Origin: a virus
Lineage: Duplodnaviria > Caudoviricetes
DNA: 64,000 bases
Strand: one strand, 5' to 3'
IMG/VR virus record: IMGVR_UViG_3300048502_000089
Coordinates: 1 to 64,000 of that record
Shown piece after piece: positions 24,224 through 33,798 of the stretch (positions are counted from its first letter, which is position 1; the number at the start of each line of letters is the position of its first letter). The notes beneath the pieces were generated by a model that saw only the letters and a list, made by a program, of their open reading frames with translations, was not told the origin of the DNA and did no database searches. Made by a program: the position numbers and the translations under genes.

Positions 24224-26091
24224 GGTCCCGGCCCTCTCGACGACGATGGGAATGTTTGGCCAAGATGCTCGCGCCAACGGCGCTCGCCATCAAGACCATC
24301 TGAATGTGTAGATGCTACAGGGCTAACCAAACTCCCGCGTTGAGAAACCACAGGCTCAGCAATGTCAGCGCTTCCTCTGCGCTTCTTCTGAGCACGCTTG
24401 AATCTGGTGGTCACGTTGGTATTCATATAGCGAGCTGCAGCCATGCTGTGTGAGCAGTCGTCGTGGACCTCATGGCCATTCTTCTGCCGCCAACCTTCAA
24501 TGTCATCCGCGTGCCTCGAACACCGCTGGATGTCGACCCAGTAGTGACCGTCCTCGACAAGATCCTGTAGGCACGTCACTTGCGGGTCGAAGTCTCGGCC
24601 TTGAATCCACCAAACGGTCTTGAGCGGGGGCGTGTGCTCGCGCCAATCATCTCGTTGCTGGCGACCAGCCATATCCGCAAAGCGGCCTGCAACGCGGAAG
24701 CCAGGAGCGATCCTGCGCCAATAGAGTTCTCGAGCGAGAACTTCATCAGCGAGTTTCGTAGCGCCAATCCCAGCCTTCAGGAATTCATCGAAGGTGACAT
24801 GTGATCCCTCGGGAATGATCGTGCTGCCGAATTGCACCGGCACGACGAGCGGGCCTTGCATCCACAGCACAGCACTCTCAGCACCACCACCCCAGTCTGT
24901 GCCGGTCCAACACTTGCCGTACTCAGGGCGAGGTATCCATCCTTTGACGCTGAAGCGCTCGCGGAACCACGCCTCCAAATAGACACCGTCTGCCATCGGA
25001 CGCCGGCACTCCATCTGTGCTTCCCAGACGAGCCGGTTGTTCTGCATGAACTTACCTTCGACATCCTCATGCGGCATCCACCCACGCGAGCGAAAGAACT
25101 TACCCTTGCAGACAGAGGAAAGCGTGCGTGGATTGTCTTCACCCCATTCGCCTTTGACGATCCGATCACACTCGCACAAACTATCTGGGTGTTTGCCCAA
25201 TGCAGTAAGCCGTGCTCGACGATCTGGTTCAGGGACACACTGACAATTCGGTACTTCTTCCGCAGCCTCGAAAACACAACTGCGGTAAATCTTCCACGCT
25301 GGTTTGAAGCCTGCTTCCTCCGCGTCCTCACATTCCTTGATGATCTTGGAGACAGGCCCATTGTTGGTCTTCAAAGTAGATGTACCAAAGTCTTGTGCTG
25401 CAATCCGCTCGCCAGCAATCACACTTGAGCTCGCCATGTTGCGACTCTCACTCCACACATCATCATCCATCAAATCAACCTCATCTGCATGAACTTTATT
25501 CGGATGCGGTGAGTTGACGCCTGACTTGGAACCGACAAGAATCTCAATCTGAGAACCAGTCTTCCATTCAGTTTTCTTTCGCAGAGTGTCACCAATCTGC
25601 GGCTTCAATACTTTGCGCTGAGTACCATCGGCATCAACTGTAATCGTGTAGATAAAAGTCTTGACGTGTGTGTACGCGCGGTTCGCCTGATCCTCAATCG
25701 CGCCGAACGTACAACTCGTGCATCCGGGGCGAGTCTCAGCATTCACATAATGAACGATGCTTACCCCGAGTGTCTTTCCCATTTCACGCGAACCTACTTG
25801 AAATAGGGCACGTTCACGCTCGAAATAAGCATCAGCAATGAAGTCAAATGGAGCTTGATGGTCTGGGCAGACAGCTATACGCGGAATGTTATACCCGGTC
25901 TCAGCGAGGATCCAGGCATGTAGCTCATCATCCGTAGTAGGGCGTGGCCGAGATTTAGCTTTCGGCGCCGTACTTTGATTACCTTGCAGCTTGTCAATTG
26001 CGGCAAGTACCTTGCGCCGGCCGGCATCATCGAGAGCTGGAAGCAATTGGCGAAGAGCATCAACATCAATCCCTAGCTCATTCGTCTTCAT
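24208..26091 (-). CDS. terL: Terminase large subunit
   Basis: GSREMGKT Walker A, VHADEVD Walker B, GTDWGG...DDCSHSMAAARY RNase H-like nuclease. Confidence 0.9.
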   Translation of the reverse strand: MKTNELGIDVDALRQLLPALDDAGRRKVLAAIDKLQGNQSTAPKAKSRPRPTTDDELHAWILAETGYNIPRIAVCPDHQAPFDFIADAYFERERALFQVGSREMGKTLGVSIVHYVNAETRPGCTSCTFGAIEDQANRAYTHVKTFIYTITVDADGTQRKVLKPQIGDTLRKKTEWKTGSQIEILVGSKSGVNSPHPNKVHADEVDLMDDDVWSESRNMASSSVIAGERIAAQDFGTSTLKTNNGPVSKIIKECEDAEEAGFKPAWKIYRSCVFEAAEEVPNCQCVPEPDRRARLTALGKHPDSLCECDRIVKGEWGEDNPRTLSSVCKGKFFRSRGWMPHEDVEGKFMQNNRLVWEAQMECRRPMADGVYLEAWFRERFSVKGWIPRPEYGKCWTGTDWGGGAESAVLWMQGPLVVPVQFGSTIIPEGSHVTFDEFLKAGIGATKLADEVLARELYWRRIAPGFRVAGRFADMAGRQQRDDWREHTPPLKTVWWIQGRDFDPQVTCLQDLVEDGHYWVDIQRCSRHADDIEGWRQKNGHEVHDDCSHSMAAARYMNTNVTTRFKRAQKKRRGSADIAEPVVSQRGSLVSPVASTHSDGLDGERRWREHLGQTFPSSSRGPGPWQNR

Positions 26092-26620
26092 CTACGACCT
26101 CACCATCGACTTCTTCGCTATCAGGAGGTTCAACCACATCTGCGTCTGGAGGGTTCTCTTCAAGTTCAGAGACATCCACACCAAGAACTTCAGCTAGTCG
26201 TGCCTTGAGCGCCTCGTCCAATTCCTTGCCACTCAATTTGGCTAGATCACGTTCACTCTCTCGATTGACTGAATCGACGTAAGCGGTTGCGTCCATGAGA
26301 AGACGCATGGCATCGAGTTTGCTCTTGTCGTTGCTGGTCGAGCTCCTAATGATCTTCATCGCCTCGGCAGCAATTATTGGGGCATTTTCGCGCCCAGTCT
26401 CGGCCAAGACCTCTTGCACGCTCGCCTTTTGCCTGCGAATGCTCGCAGCCTTCGCCAACGCCCCTTGACGCCGTTGCTCTGTAGTAGAGAAGCGCCCCTC
26501 CTCCATGAGACGTAAGGCTAACTGGCGCTTTTCCTCTTTACGCTCAGGAGACCAGCCGGCTTTGCCGAACCCAGTCTCAGCTCCGTCTGGAAGGTCTGAT
26601 CGGTCTATCTCTGTCGACAC
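26078..26620 (-). CDS. Probable terminase small subunit
   Basis: Immediately upstream of and overlapping terL; helical, with basic N-terminal half. Confidence 0.6.
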   Translation of the reverse strand: MSTEIDRSDLPDGAETGFGKAGWSPERKEEKRQLALRLMEEGRFSTTEQRRQGALAKAASIRRQKASVQEVLAETGRENAPIIAAEAMKIIRSSTSNDKSKLDAMRLLMDATAYVDSVNRESERDLAKLSGKELDEALKARLAEVLGVDVSELEENPPDADVVEPPDSEEVDGEVVDEDE

Positions 26621-26649
26621 TTAGCAGAGGATACCGGAATGGATAGCTA

Positions 26650-28047
26650 CTAGCCACCAGAGATGTCGGTGACGGCAAGTGCTCGCTCGAGCGCGAAATA
26701 GGCACAGAGCCACACACACGAGTTGCCAATCGCCTTCAATCTATCGGCACGCTTAGGGATCTCACGCGCTACTCGCGGCGCGACATGAAGCGGTTCGTCA
26801 CCCCATCCAACCGGAGTACAGAAAGAAGTAGGCACTCGAGGGTCGGTCCACCAGAGAGGCATCCCCATCAACCACTCTACCCATGTGGGATTGAGGCTGC
26901 CATCTGCCTGCGTTCGCAAATTGTCGCCACCAGTACGTTTATCCGAGCGCCCTGGGCCACCTGTTCCATCGGCTGTGGTCGACGCCGACCACAGCCTTTG
27001 CTCGACCTGTACGGAACCAGCGAGACCGCTGCGTGCGTGAATCCGATCGTAATTCACATTCGGCCCATCATCTTTCCAATCTCGAGACATCGGTGACGGC
27101 CACAAGTGGCCGTCACCCGCCTGCTTGAAGTCATTGCGCGCAAGCACAGCCAATGAAGTAATCGTCTTCCGTGGCCCACCAGCAAGACGAGACTTCATCG
27201 CCATATGTGCATCTGGAGATTTCCCATCGTCGTTAGCACAAGGGGTTGGCAGGAGCGCACCTCGCGCAGCTACAGCATCATCAAGATCATTACTTCTTTG
27301 CTTGTCCAAAAACCTCTTCGCCTGTGGGCCTCCATGAATCCCATCTCTAGCTTGAGCGGTCGGCCAGGGCACTGGCCGACCTTCGCCAAACAACAAAACT
27401 CCAGCCCAATAGCTCCACCCGTCTTTGCGTGTGGACTTGCACTTAGCTATCGGGACGAGTTCACTGAGTTCTTCTTCAGATGCTCTACCAGCTCGAGGGA
27501 ATTTTACAGTCCATTCAAGGCCACCAGAAATCTCTCCGTACACTGGGTTCTGAGCGATACCAGCAGGACGAGCGATGATCCAAATACGCTCACGAAGATG
27601 CGGAGCACCAACTGCAGCGGCTGGGATCACATCCCACTCGGCGTTGTAACCCATATTCAAGAGGTCACTGAGAACCACATCAAGACCGCGGCTACGAAGA
27701 ATGGAGACATTCTCAATAAGTACGACACTAGGACTTAGCTCATCAATCACCCGTGCGAATTCACTCCACAAACCAGAACGTGAACCTTCAATACCTGCAC
27801 CCCGACCAGCTCCCGAAATGTCTTGGCAAGGGAATCCTCCTACAAGCACATCGATCTCACTGGGCACAGATTCCTCGGTCACGTCATGAACATCACTAAA
27901 GATCATCTCACCAGGAAAGCGTCTCGCAAGAACGCGCTGGCAAAATGGATCCATCTCAGCCATGAATACACCACGGCCCCCGAGCTGCTGACAGGCATAC
28001 TCAAGCATCCCAACCCCTGAGAAGAGGCCACCATAGGTGAAGCTCAT
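26650..28047 (-). CDS. C5-cytosine DNA methyltransferase with repeated variable region
   Basis: Motifs I FSGVG, IV GFPCQDIS, VI ENV, VIII PHLRERIW, X IGNS. Confidence 0.93.
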   Translation of the reverse strand: MSFTYGGLFSGVGMLEYACQQLGGRGVFMAEMDPFCQRVLARRFPGEMIFSDVHDVTEESVPSEIDVLVGGFPCQDISGAGRGAGIEGSRSGLWSEFARVIDELSPSVVLIENVSILRSRGLDVVLSDLLNMGYNAEWDVIPAAAVGAPHLRERIWIIARPAGIAQNPVYGEISGGLEWTVKFPRAGRASEEELSELVPIAKCKSTRKDGWSYWAGVLLFGEGRPVPWPTAQARDGIHGGPQAKRFLDKQRSNDLDDAVAARGALLPTPCANDDGKSPDAHMAMKSRLAGGPRKTITSLAVLARNDFKQAGDGHLWPSPMSRDWKDDGPNVNYDRIHARSGLAGSVQVEQRLWSASTTADGTGGPGRSDKRTGGDNLRTQADGSLNPTWVEWLMGMPLWWTDPRVPTSFCTPVGWGDEPLHVAPRVAREIPKRADRLKAIGNSCVWLCAYFALERALAVTDISGG

Positions 28048-28056
28048 GCGGAGATT

Positions 28057-28530
28057 CTACTGCTCAGCAATCGAAGGGCCGGCAAGAGCTAATACCAAGG
28101 CGTCAGTTCGATCGCCACCACCTTTATCGATGCGACCAAACTGAATCTGTGGGTAACGCTTCTTCATCTCATCAAAAGCTTCTTGCTTGGAAAGAGCTCC
28201 ATTGTCAAGTACAGCTTTGCGGGCAGATGTCACTCGAGCCTCCACCACGACGAGCCCTTTCAGCTTGCAAGCGATCACACTGGCGGCTTGGTAGTGGCTC
28301 ACCACTCGTGTCGATTGAGCATTACGTTCGACACTGAGGAATTCGATACATGCCATATCGGGCTTGTTGATCGCTACCCACGATCGAAGCCATACGAAAT
28401 ACTCAGTCAATCGAGCGGGAGCTGATCCGTTCTTGGGACGATCCCAAGCATCAACTAGGAGTGGCTCCCCGTCAACAGCAAGAGCCACTCCACAGCACGA
28501 CGAACTAGGGTCAATCCCAACTACTTTCAT
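28057..28530 (-). CDS. ruvC: RuvC-like Holliday junction resolvase
   Basis: VVGIDPSSSCCGVA, ACIEF, DRTDAL. Confidence 0.85.
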   Translation of the reverse strand: MKVVGIDPSSSCCGVALAVDGEPLLVDAWDRPKNGSAPARLTEYFVWLRSWVAINKPDMACIEFLSVERNAQSTRVVSHYQAASVIACKLKGLVVVEARVTSARKAVLDNGALSKQEAFDEMKKRYPQIQFGRIDKGGGDRTDALVLALAGPSIAEQ

Positions 28531-28552
28531 GCGTCAGATTCACCCGGTTGCG

Positions 28553-28834
28553 CTAGTCGCATACCTGCTCCCTGACCGCTCCGCAACGCTGGCAGCGCCT
28601 GAGCTTGCGCCCGACCGACATCACGCCACGGAGCACGTCGATCATCGGTGCCGTGTCGAAGTCGGGAACCCAAGCCTCACCGGCCTTCCGCCACCAATGC
28701 AGGTGCAGGCGACACAGCAGCGGGCGAGGCTCACGGCGCGTCTTGAGCGTCTTGAGCGTCATCCCTTCGACCAGCTCGAAGCGCTGCCCGTACTCGCCGC
28801 CGACAACGACGATCTCACGTTCGCTTTGCCCCAT
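28553..28834 (-). CDS. Hypothetical protein with C-terminal Zn ribbon (93 aa)
   Basis: ATG overlapping upstream stop; C..HLHWW...CQRCG. Confidence 0.6.
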   Translation of the reverse strand: MGQSEREIVVVGGEYGQRFELVEGMTLKTLKTRREPRPLLCRLHLHWWRKAGEAWVPDFDTAPMIDVLRGVMSVGRKLRRCQRCGAVREQVCD

Positions 28835-29091
28835 CAGGACGCTGCCTTCTGCGCGTAGATGGCGGGCATTGCCGCTTCGAGCGCGAGGTACATGCCGCCC
28901 CGCAACTCCTCGTCGTCGGGCAAGTGCTGCCACAGGAGATCCTTCAGCGCTTGGCACGCGGCGTCTACTGCTGCGGCGCAGGGCGCGGTCCCTGTGTCCT
29001 CAAGCGTCTTGTGCCACGCCGCCATTTCGGCGTGATCCGTAGCCGTGAAGCCGTACTCGTCTCGTCTGTCGTTTTGCCCCAAAGGTGTCAT
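28834..29091 (-). CDS. Hypothetical protein (85 aa)
   Basis: Overlapping stop/start. Confidence 0.65.
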   Translation of the reverse strand: MTPLGQNDRRDEYGFTATDHAEMAAWHKTLEDTGTAPCAAAVDAACQALKDLLWQHLPDDEELRGGMYLALEAAMPAIYAQKAAS

Positions 29092-29489
29092 TTGATCTGT
29101 CCAGTCATCTTGCGATGGCGAGCATGAATCTCTTCCCGCGTATCAAGGTGCGGGTGGTCTGGGTGATGAGGCCCGCAGTAACGATGTAGACCATCTGCCG
29201 TCTTGTACTTGCCGATCTTTGGGCACTTTGGCTCGACACAATTCACATGCCGCCACACATGGTAAGAGATTGTTACCAAACCAGCAACCAGCGTTATCTC
29301 GCCAAAATCGCTGATGATCCCTGACCACGAGTTGTAACCCTGGCAATCTCTAACTGCAACCTTTGAGCCAGCGCAATACCCCAATGGATGGGCGAGATAG
29401 CTCGGCAGAAAACTTATCAGTAGGTAGACAAATATCCACCATAAAACCCAAACAGCAGAGAGCAACAGTAACTTAGTCCTCAGCCTCAT
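29088..29489 (-). CDS. Membrane protein with C-terminal Cys/His cluster (133 aa)
   Basis: Two TM helices; NCVEPKC...YCGPHHP. Confidence 0.7.
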   Translation of the reverse strand: MRLRTKLLLLSAVWVLWWIFVYLLISFLPSYLAHPLGYCAGSKVAVRDCQGYNSWSGIISDFGEITLVAGLVTISYHVWRHVNCVEPKCPKIGKYKTADGLHRYCGPHHPDHPHLDTREEIHARHRKMTGQIK

Positions 29490-29671
29490 CAGAACATCAC
29501 CTTCCTCCACCGACGCAAATCATCGTCACTGTACCTCTGAAACATAAGCGCATGGGCATCGAACGTTGGCACACGCCAAGAGATCCCCCACCGCTTCCCT
29601 GGCTGGAGATAGATACTCAGCAGCGCTCTAGGCTTCTTGGATGAATCTTTATGTATATGAATGGCGATCAT
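29489..29671 (-). CDS. Hypothetical protein (60 aa)
   Basis: Overlapping stop/start. Confidence 0.55.
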   Translation of the reverse strand: MIAIHIHKDSSKKPRALLSIYLQPGKRWGISWRVPTFDAHALMFQRYSDDDLRRWRKVMF

Positions 29672-31350
29672 CCCTCGCCATCCTTCGTCATCCAGCGCGT
29701 CATCTGCCGAGACGCGCGCTCGACATCGCGGTGGTAGTTGCCCTGCAATACCTTCATCTTCCTGATTGTCTTCTTGACATTCTTCACAGCTTCCTCGTAC
29801 TGCTGTACCTGCGGGTCACGAGCAACTCGTGCGGATCGCTGAGACTCTGTGAGTTTCTTGCCATCCTCATTGACTGGGACAGCTTCTTCAGCCGTGAGCT
29901 CGGCGCCCTTGAGCAACTTCTCGAGATCATCGAGCATGTCTTCCTCATGGGTAATCACAAGGCCGATACGACTTTCGACAGCATGAAAACGCGCATGAAG
30001 TGAGTAAATCTCTTCGCGCGTACACTTGCTCATATCAGCCGGCATCCGCGGAGGATCCTCGATGTCATCGGGAAGCGGGAACTTCTCCTTCTCAACAAGA
30101 GCATCGAAATGAGCCTTCGCATCACGGCTGGCTTCATCAGGCACATGAAGCGGAGCTGCTGGGGCAGGAGGTTGAGCAACCACCGCTGCGACTTCCTCCG
30201 CGACCGCAACCTGCGCCTCTGGTGCAGCCGCTACAGGCGCAGGAGTAGATACGGCTGCGGCTGGTACATCAGCCGGTGGAGAGAACGCAGCATCCGCAGG
30301 CGCAGCTTCGACCGCCTGTGCAGCACTCGCTGCAGCTTCCTCAGCAATTGTCTGAGGCTGTGCTGGCGCGGGCGCTGGCACATTAGCCTCGTCTAGCGCT
30401 CGAGCAGCTAGCAGCTCTTCGCGCGTCACGCCCTGCCCGGTGGGATTGTCCACCATGAAGCGAAGTTCGTTGTCACCGATCTTCATGACATCCTGCCGGC
30501 CACGACCATAGATTTTCAGCAGTGGCCCAGTGACTTTCCCTTCAAGCTCTTCACGTTCCGCTGAAAGTCCAACACTCGTCGGCGCAGCATTTGGCACCGG
30601 AGTAGGCGGTGGCACAATAGGAGCACTAGAAGCTGGAGGGACCACCATGCGCGTCGTCTCAATCGATTCCTGCACTGGAGTTGGCTCCTCTGTAGCTGAT
30701 GCCTCTTGACGTGGTGCTGGTGTTGGATGCTCGATCACCCATCGTAGAGCCTCGGTCGACATTGATGCAATCTCAGACGGATCGATCTGATGAGCACGCA
30801 TAATCGGGAAGGTCAATTGATCCTCGAGCGCCTGACGCTCAGCAGGGTCTTCCTCGGCAGCTTCCACGGGAGCGGTCTCTGCAACAGCTTCCGCAACTGG
30901 TGCTGTAACGCCACCTAGAGAAGTCGCATCTTCTGCCATTAGTCCCCGGCTCTTGAGTTCGGCATACACGTTAGCAAGTTCTGTAGAGACATCTGAGCCA
31001 GATGCCGCAGTTGCTTCGAGTGAACCTGTGATCTTGAGTAGAACATCATCAGCAATGGCCGACATCGTCGACGCATTCTCTTCTGTTGTAGCCACAATAC
31101 CTCCTTCATTGATCTGATTCATATCCACTTCAGCAATAGACAGGACTGCGATTACATCGACATCCCGATTGCCTGCTTTGAAAGCTTGGTCCGCCATACC
31201 CACAAGCATCTGTGCTGCCTCCAGACGAGCCTTTGGATCTGGCGGTAATTGGCCATCTACATCCAGCTCGAATAGACCACGATTGACTGCCTCAGTGAGA
31301 ATCGTGTCAGCCTGATACTCAGTGAGCGTTGGTACGAGGCGCTCAGGCAT
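29668..31350 (-). CDS. Large Pro/Ala-rich protein with duplicated helical module and C-terminal coiled coil (560 aa)
   Basis: ORF in replication operon. Confidence 0.8.
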   Translation of the reverse strand: MPERLVPTLTEYQADTILTEAVNRGLFELDVDGQLPPDPKARLEAAQMLVGMADQAFKAGNRDVDVIAVLSIAEVDMNQINEGGIVATTEENASTMSAIADDVLLKITGSLEATAASGSDVSTELANVYAELKSRGLMAEDATSLGGVTAPVAEAVAETAPVEAAEEDPAERQALEDQLTFPIMRAHQIDPSEIASMSTEALRWVIEHPTPAPRQEASATEEPTPVQESIETTRMVVPPASSAPIVPPPTPVPNAAPTSVGLSAEREELEGKVTGPLLKIYGRGRQDVMKIGDNELRFMVDNPTGQGVTREELLAARALDEANVPAPAPAQPQTIAEEAAASAAQAVEAAPADAAFSPPADVPAAAVSTPAPVAAAPEAQVAVAEEVAAVVAQPPAPAAPLHVPDEASRDAKAHFDALVEKEKFPLPDDIEDPPRMPADMSKCTREEIYSLHARFHAVESRIGLVITHEEDMLDDLEKLLKGAELTAEEAVPVNEDGKKLTESQRSARVARDPQVQQYEEAVKNVKKTIRKMKVLQGNYHRDVERASRQMTRWMTKDGEG

Positions 31351-31586
31351 CAGAAGTCAGACGCATCCCTTCTACTTGCCATGTCTTCAGCGTAAAACTT
31401 CTCTCGGTCCACACGCCTTACTAGGATTTCGACCTCTTCACCTTCCTCGAACGGATGGCCATCATCCTCGATGTACTCTGGATCAACTGCGATCTCAATG
31501 TAACCCCCATCAGGGGTGTCCCGATGAATGGTCTGATTGAAATACGTCGAGTCTCCGCGAGTCTTCCATACTCCTTTCCAACTCAT
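31350..31586 (-). CDS. Small acidic protein (78 aa)
   Basis: ATGA overlap with exonuclease stop. Confidence 0.65.
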   Translation of the reverse strand: MSWKGVWKTRGDSTYFNQTIHRDTPDGGYIEIAVDPEYIEDDGHPFEEGEEVEILVRRVDREKFYAEDMASRRDASDF

Positions 31587-32647
31587 TTCACACCCCATCT
31601 CCTCAAGACCGCAGCGCGTGTCTTGGCGTAGTCGTAATCTGGACGGATCTTCTTCGCCCCGGCGATCACGTTGGACTCCTCAAGCTTCTTGACCTTGCCG
31701 GTGTAATCAGCTTTACATCCAAGCGCTTTGAATTCACAGTATTGGCATGGAGTGACTGACCACTTTGCCTTCTCCTTCTCCCGCGGATGCTCAGGGATCT
31801 CGCCAGCAAGGAATGCCTCCCGATACTGAGTTAGCTTCTCACGGCCAGCAGCCATCATCTCTTCATCGAGACTGACGTAGTAGCTGACGGTCGTCAGAGG
31901 CTCCTCACGAGAGCTATAGATCAGAGTGCCATCGTCAGGAGCATCAAGTGTGATCTTGATTTGGTCACAAGCGAAGTTCTCATGAATTGGACACCACAGC
32001 ATCGGACTATCAGGGAGAATCGGTCGCAAGATCGCCCAAGAACTTTCACACAGCGTCACTGTCGGACAGAACTGAGACTCATTAGACAATGAGATGTAAG
32101 TCTTGATCTGTCGCAAATACTTCTCGTGGAGCTTGGGCGTCTCGTTGTGATCATTCTTCATCGCCATGACCTTCTCGTGGCTCGTCGTCTTCACCTCAAC
32201 ACAATGGCTCTTACGCCAAAACATCGGAAGAATGATCGCATCACTGGCACCAGTAAGCCAATGCTCACGGTCAACGAACCCTGTCTGGAAATCATCGCCG
32301 GCTGTCTGGTCTGCACTCAACAGCACGCCTTCTGCTGCAAAGCGACGAATCCAGTCGAGCTCAAGATTCTTCCCGAGATCGAACCATGCGCGCAGCCGCG
32401 GCTCAATCGGAGAAGTCTCTGGGAGGCCCATCAATCCATAAACGGCAGCTCGAGCACAGGCGTAAGGATCATCACCCGGAAATTTCGACGCATGAAAAGA
32501 AGTAAACCACGGAGATCCATGCGGAGAATCCCCTAGACCTTCCCGCCACGCACGTTCCTCTTCGCGCTGATAGGCCGTAATGAGAATCGGTTCTACAATC
32601 GAAACACCCGAAATCTCATTCCACAATGCAATTCTGCTAAGTCCCAT
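31583..32647 (-). CDS. Cas4-like / RecB-family PD-(D/E)xK exonuclease
   Basis: TGASDAII...VEVKT...YLRQIKTY; Cys set C...CQYC...C. Confidence 0.8.
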   Translation of the reverse strand: MGLSRIALWNEISGVSIVEPILITAYQREEERAWREGLGDSPHGSPWFTSFHASKFPGDDPYACARAAVYGLMGLPETSPIEPRLRAWFDLGKNLELDWIRRFAAEGVLLSADQTAGDDFQTGFVDREHWLTGASDAIILPMFWRKSHCVEVKTTSHEKVMAMKNDHNETPKLHEKYLRQIKTYISLSNESQFCPTVTLCESSWAILRPILPDSPMLWCPIHENFACDQIKITLDAPDDGTLIYSSREEPLTTVSYYVSLDEEMMAAGREKLTQYREAFLAGEIPEHPREKEKAKWSVTPCQYCEFKALGCKADYTGKVKKLEESNVIAGAKKIRPDYDYAKTRAAVLRRWGVK

Positions 32648-32694
32648 CGTGCCTCTGCTCCGATAGTCGCGTTTCTATGATCATAGCTCTGAAA

Positions 32695-33798
32695 TCAATT
32701 TCCCGCAAGCATCGCATTGAGAATCACTGCAGCGAGCGCCGGCTCTGCATCAATGCGCTCGCGCAAACCACTCATCCCTTGCACCTTGTCCTTGTCATCA
32801 CCGAGGATGCGATACCAGGAACTCTTCGCGCCGGTCTTCTCAGCGATCGGTGGTCGCCCAGTCCTAATCGCTACACCACCATCCTCATCGAAGAACGTTG
32901 CGGCATCAAGCAGCTCGAATAGAGTGTCAAACTTGAAGGTATTCAAGTCAAGACGCATCCGAGCTACACGGAATGGGCGGCAAACACGGCTCTTATTCAC
33001 ACGCACCACCACTTCAATCCCATCTGCTTCCTTCTGTCCTGCTGGCCCGGTGCCAACTTCAACAGCGATCTTCTCATCGGTCTCGAGATAGCCGCCCTTG
33101 GGGTGGTAGTAGAGCCAAGATCCCTTGCGGAAGTGAAGGCTCATCGATGACCGGAACTCAAGCGACTTGCCACCGAGCGCGAATTCCTGCTTGGTTGTCT
33201 GGTCACGAGAAGAGTGATCGATAATGACCAGTGCATTCTCGTCCTTATCGAGAGAGTTGTGAATGCGTTTGATCGCTCGCTTCCACGCTCGGGCGTCCAT
33301 CGCGCGAGTCCAGTCCTCAGCTTCGTTCGCCAACTCATCTACACAGACGGCTGCCGATGCACTATCGATCACATGGACATGGCATGATTTCAGGAGTGTC
33401 TCCATCTCGCGGGCGATGTCCTCGATGATCGTAACTTGCTCGAGCAGCATTCTCTTGGTATCCACGCCGAGATTCGCAGCGTGCTTCGCGTCCCAAATCT
33501 TCTCGACATTCCAGTAAGCCGCCTCAAGCCCATTCGGAAATGACTCTGACCGTAAAGCCTGTGCCGCTGCAATGATGATATATGCAACATGCGTCTTCCC
33601 GGTGCTTGGGTCTCCCCAAAGACGAGTTATCCTGCCAAGTGGAATACCACCGGAAGTGATTCGCATGAGCGACGGTGATGGCAAAGGGATTCGATCAACT
33701 GGTGCCTCCTCATCGCCGCGACCAATTGCGTCTATGCCACGGCGTTCACGGATTGCAGCTAGGTCATCATCCAAAGTGGAAACGTCTACGGGACTCAT
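32695..33798 (-). CDS. recA: RecA/UvsX-like recombinase
   Basis: GGIPLGRITRLWGDPSTGKT, VIDS, GGKSLEF..S motifs. Confidence 0.88.
   Translation of the reverse strand: MSPVDVSTLDDDLAAIRERRGIDAIGRGDEEAPVDRIPLPSPSLMRITSGGIPLGRITRLWGDPSTGKTHVAYIIIAAAQALRSESFPNGLEAAYWNVEKIWDAKHAANLGVDTKRMLLEQVTIIEDIAREMETLLKSCHVHVIDSASAAVCVDELANEAEDWTRAMDARAWKRAIKRIHNSLDKDENALVIIDHSSRDQTTKQEFALGGKSLEFRSSMSLHFRKGSWLYYHPKGGYLETDEKIAVEVGTGPAGQKEADGIEVVVRVNKSRVCRPFRVARMRLDLNTFKFDTLFELLDAATFFDEDGGVAIRTGRPPIAEKTGAKSSWYRILGDDKDKVQGMSGLRERIDAEPALAAVILNAMLAGN

Noticed and set aside
24208-26091. Intein in TerL (the common actinophage site)
   Set aside because: No C/S-start...HN motif; Walker A to B spacing is normal
20219-28858. 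Many + strand ORFs opposite portal, terL, MTase and ruvC
   Set aside because: Antisense shadows typical of high-GC coding DNA; no RBS or motifs
31583-32647. Cas4-like gene as evidence of a CRISPR system
   Set aside because: Solo Cas4/RecB-like exonucleases next to RecA are ordinary phage recombination genes; no array
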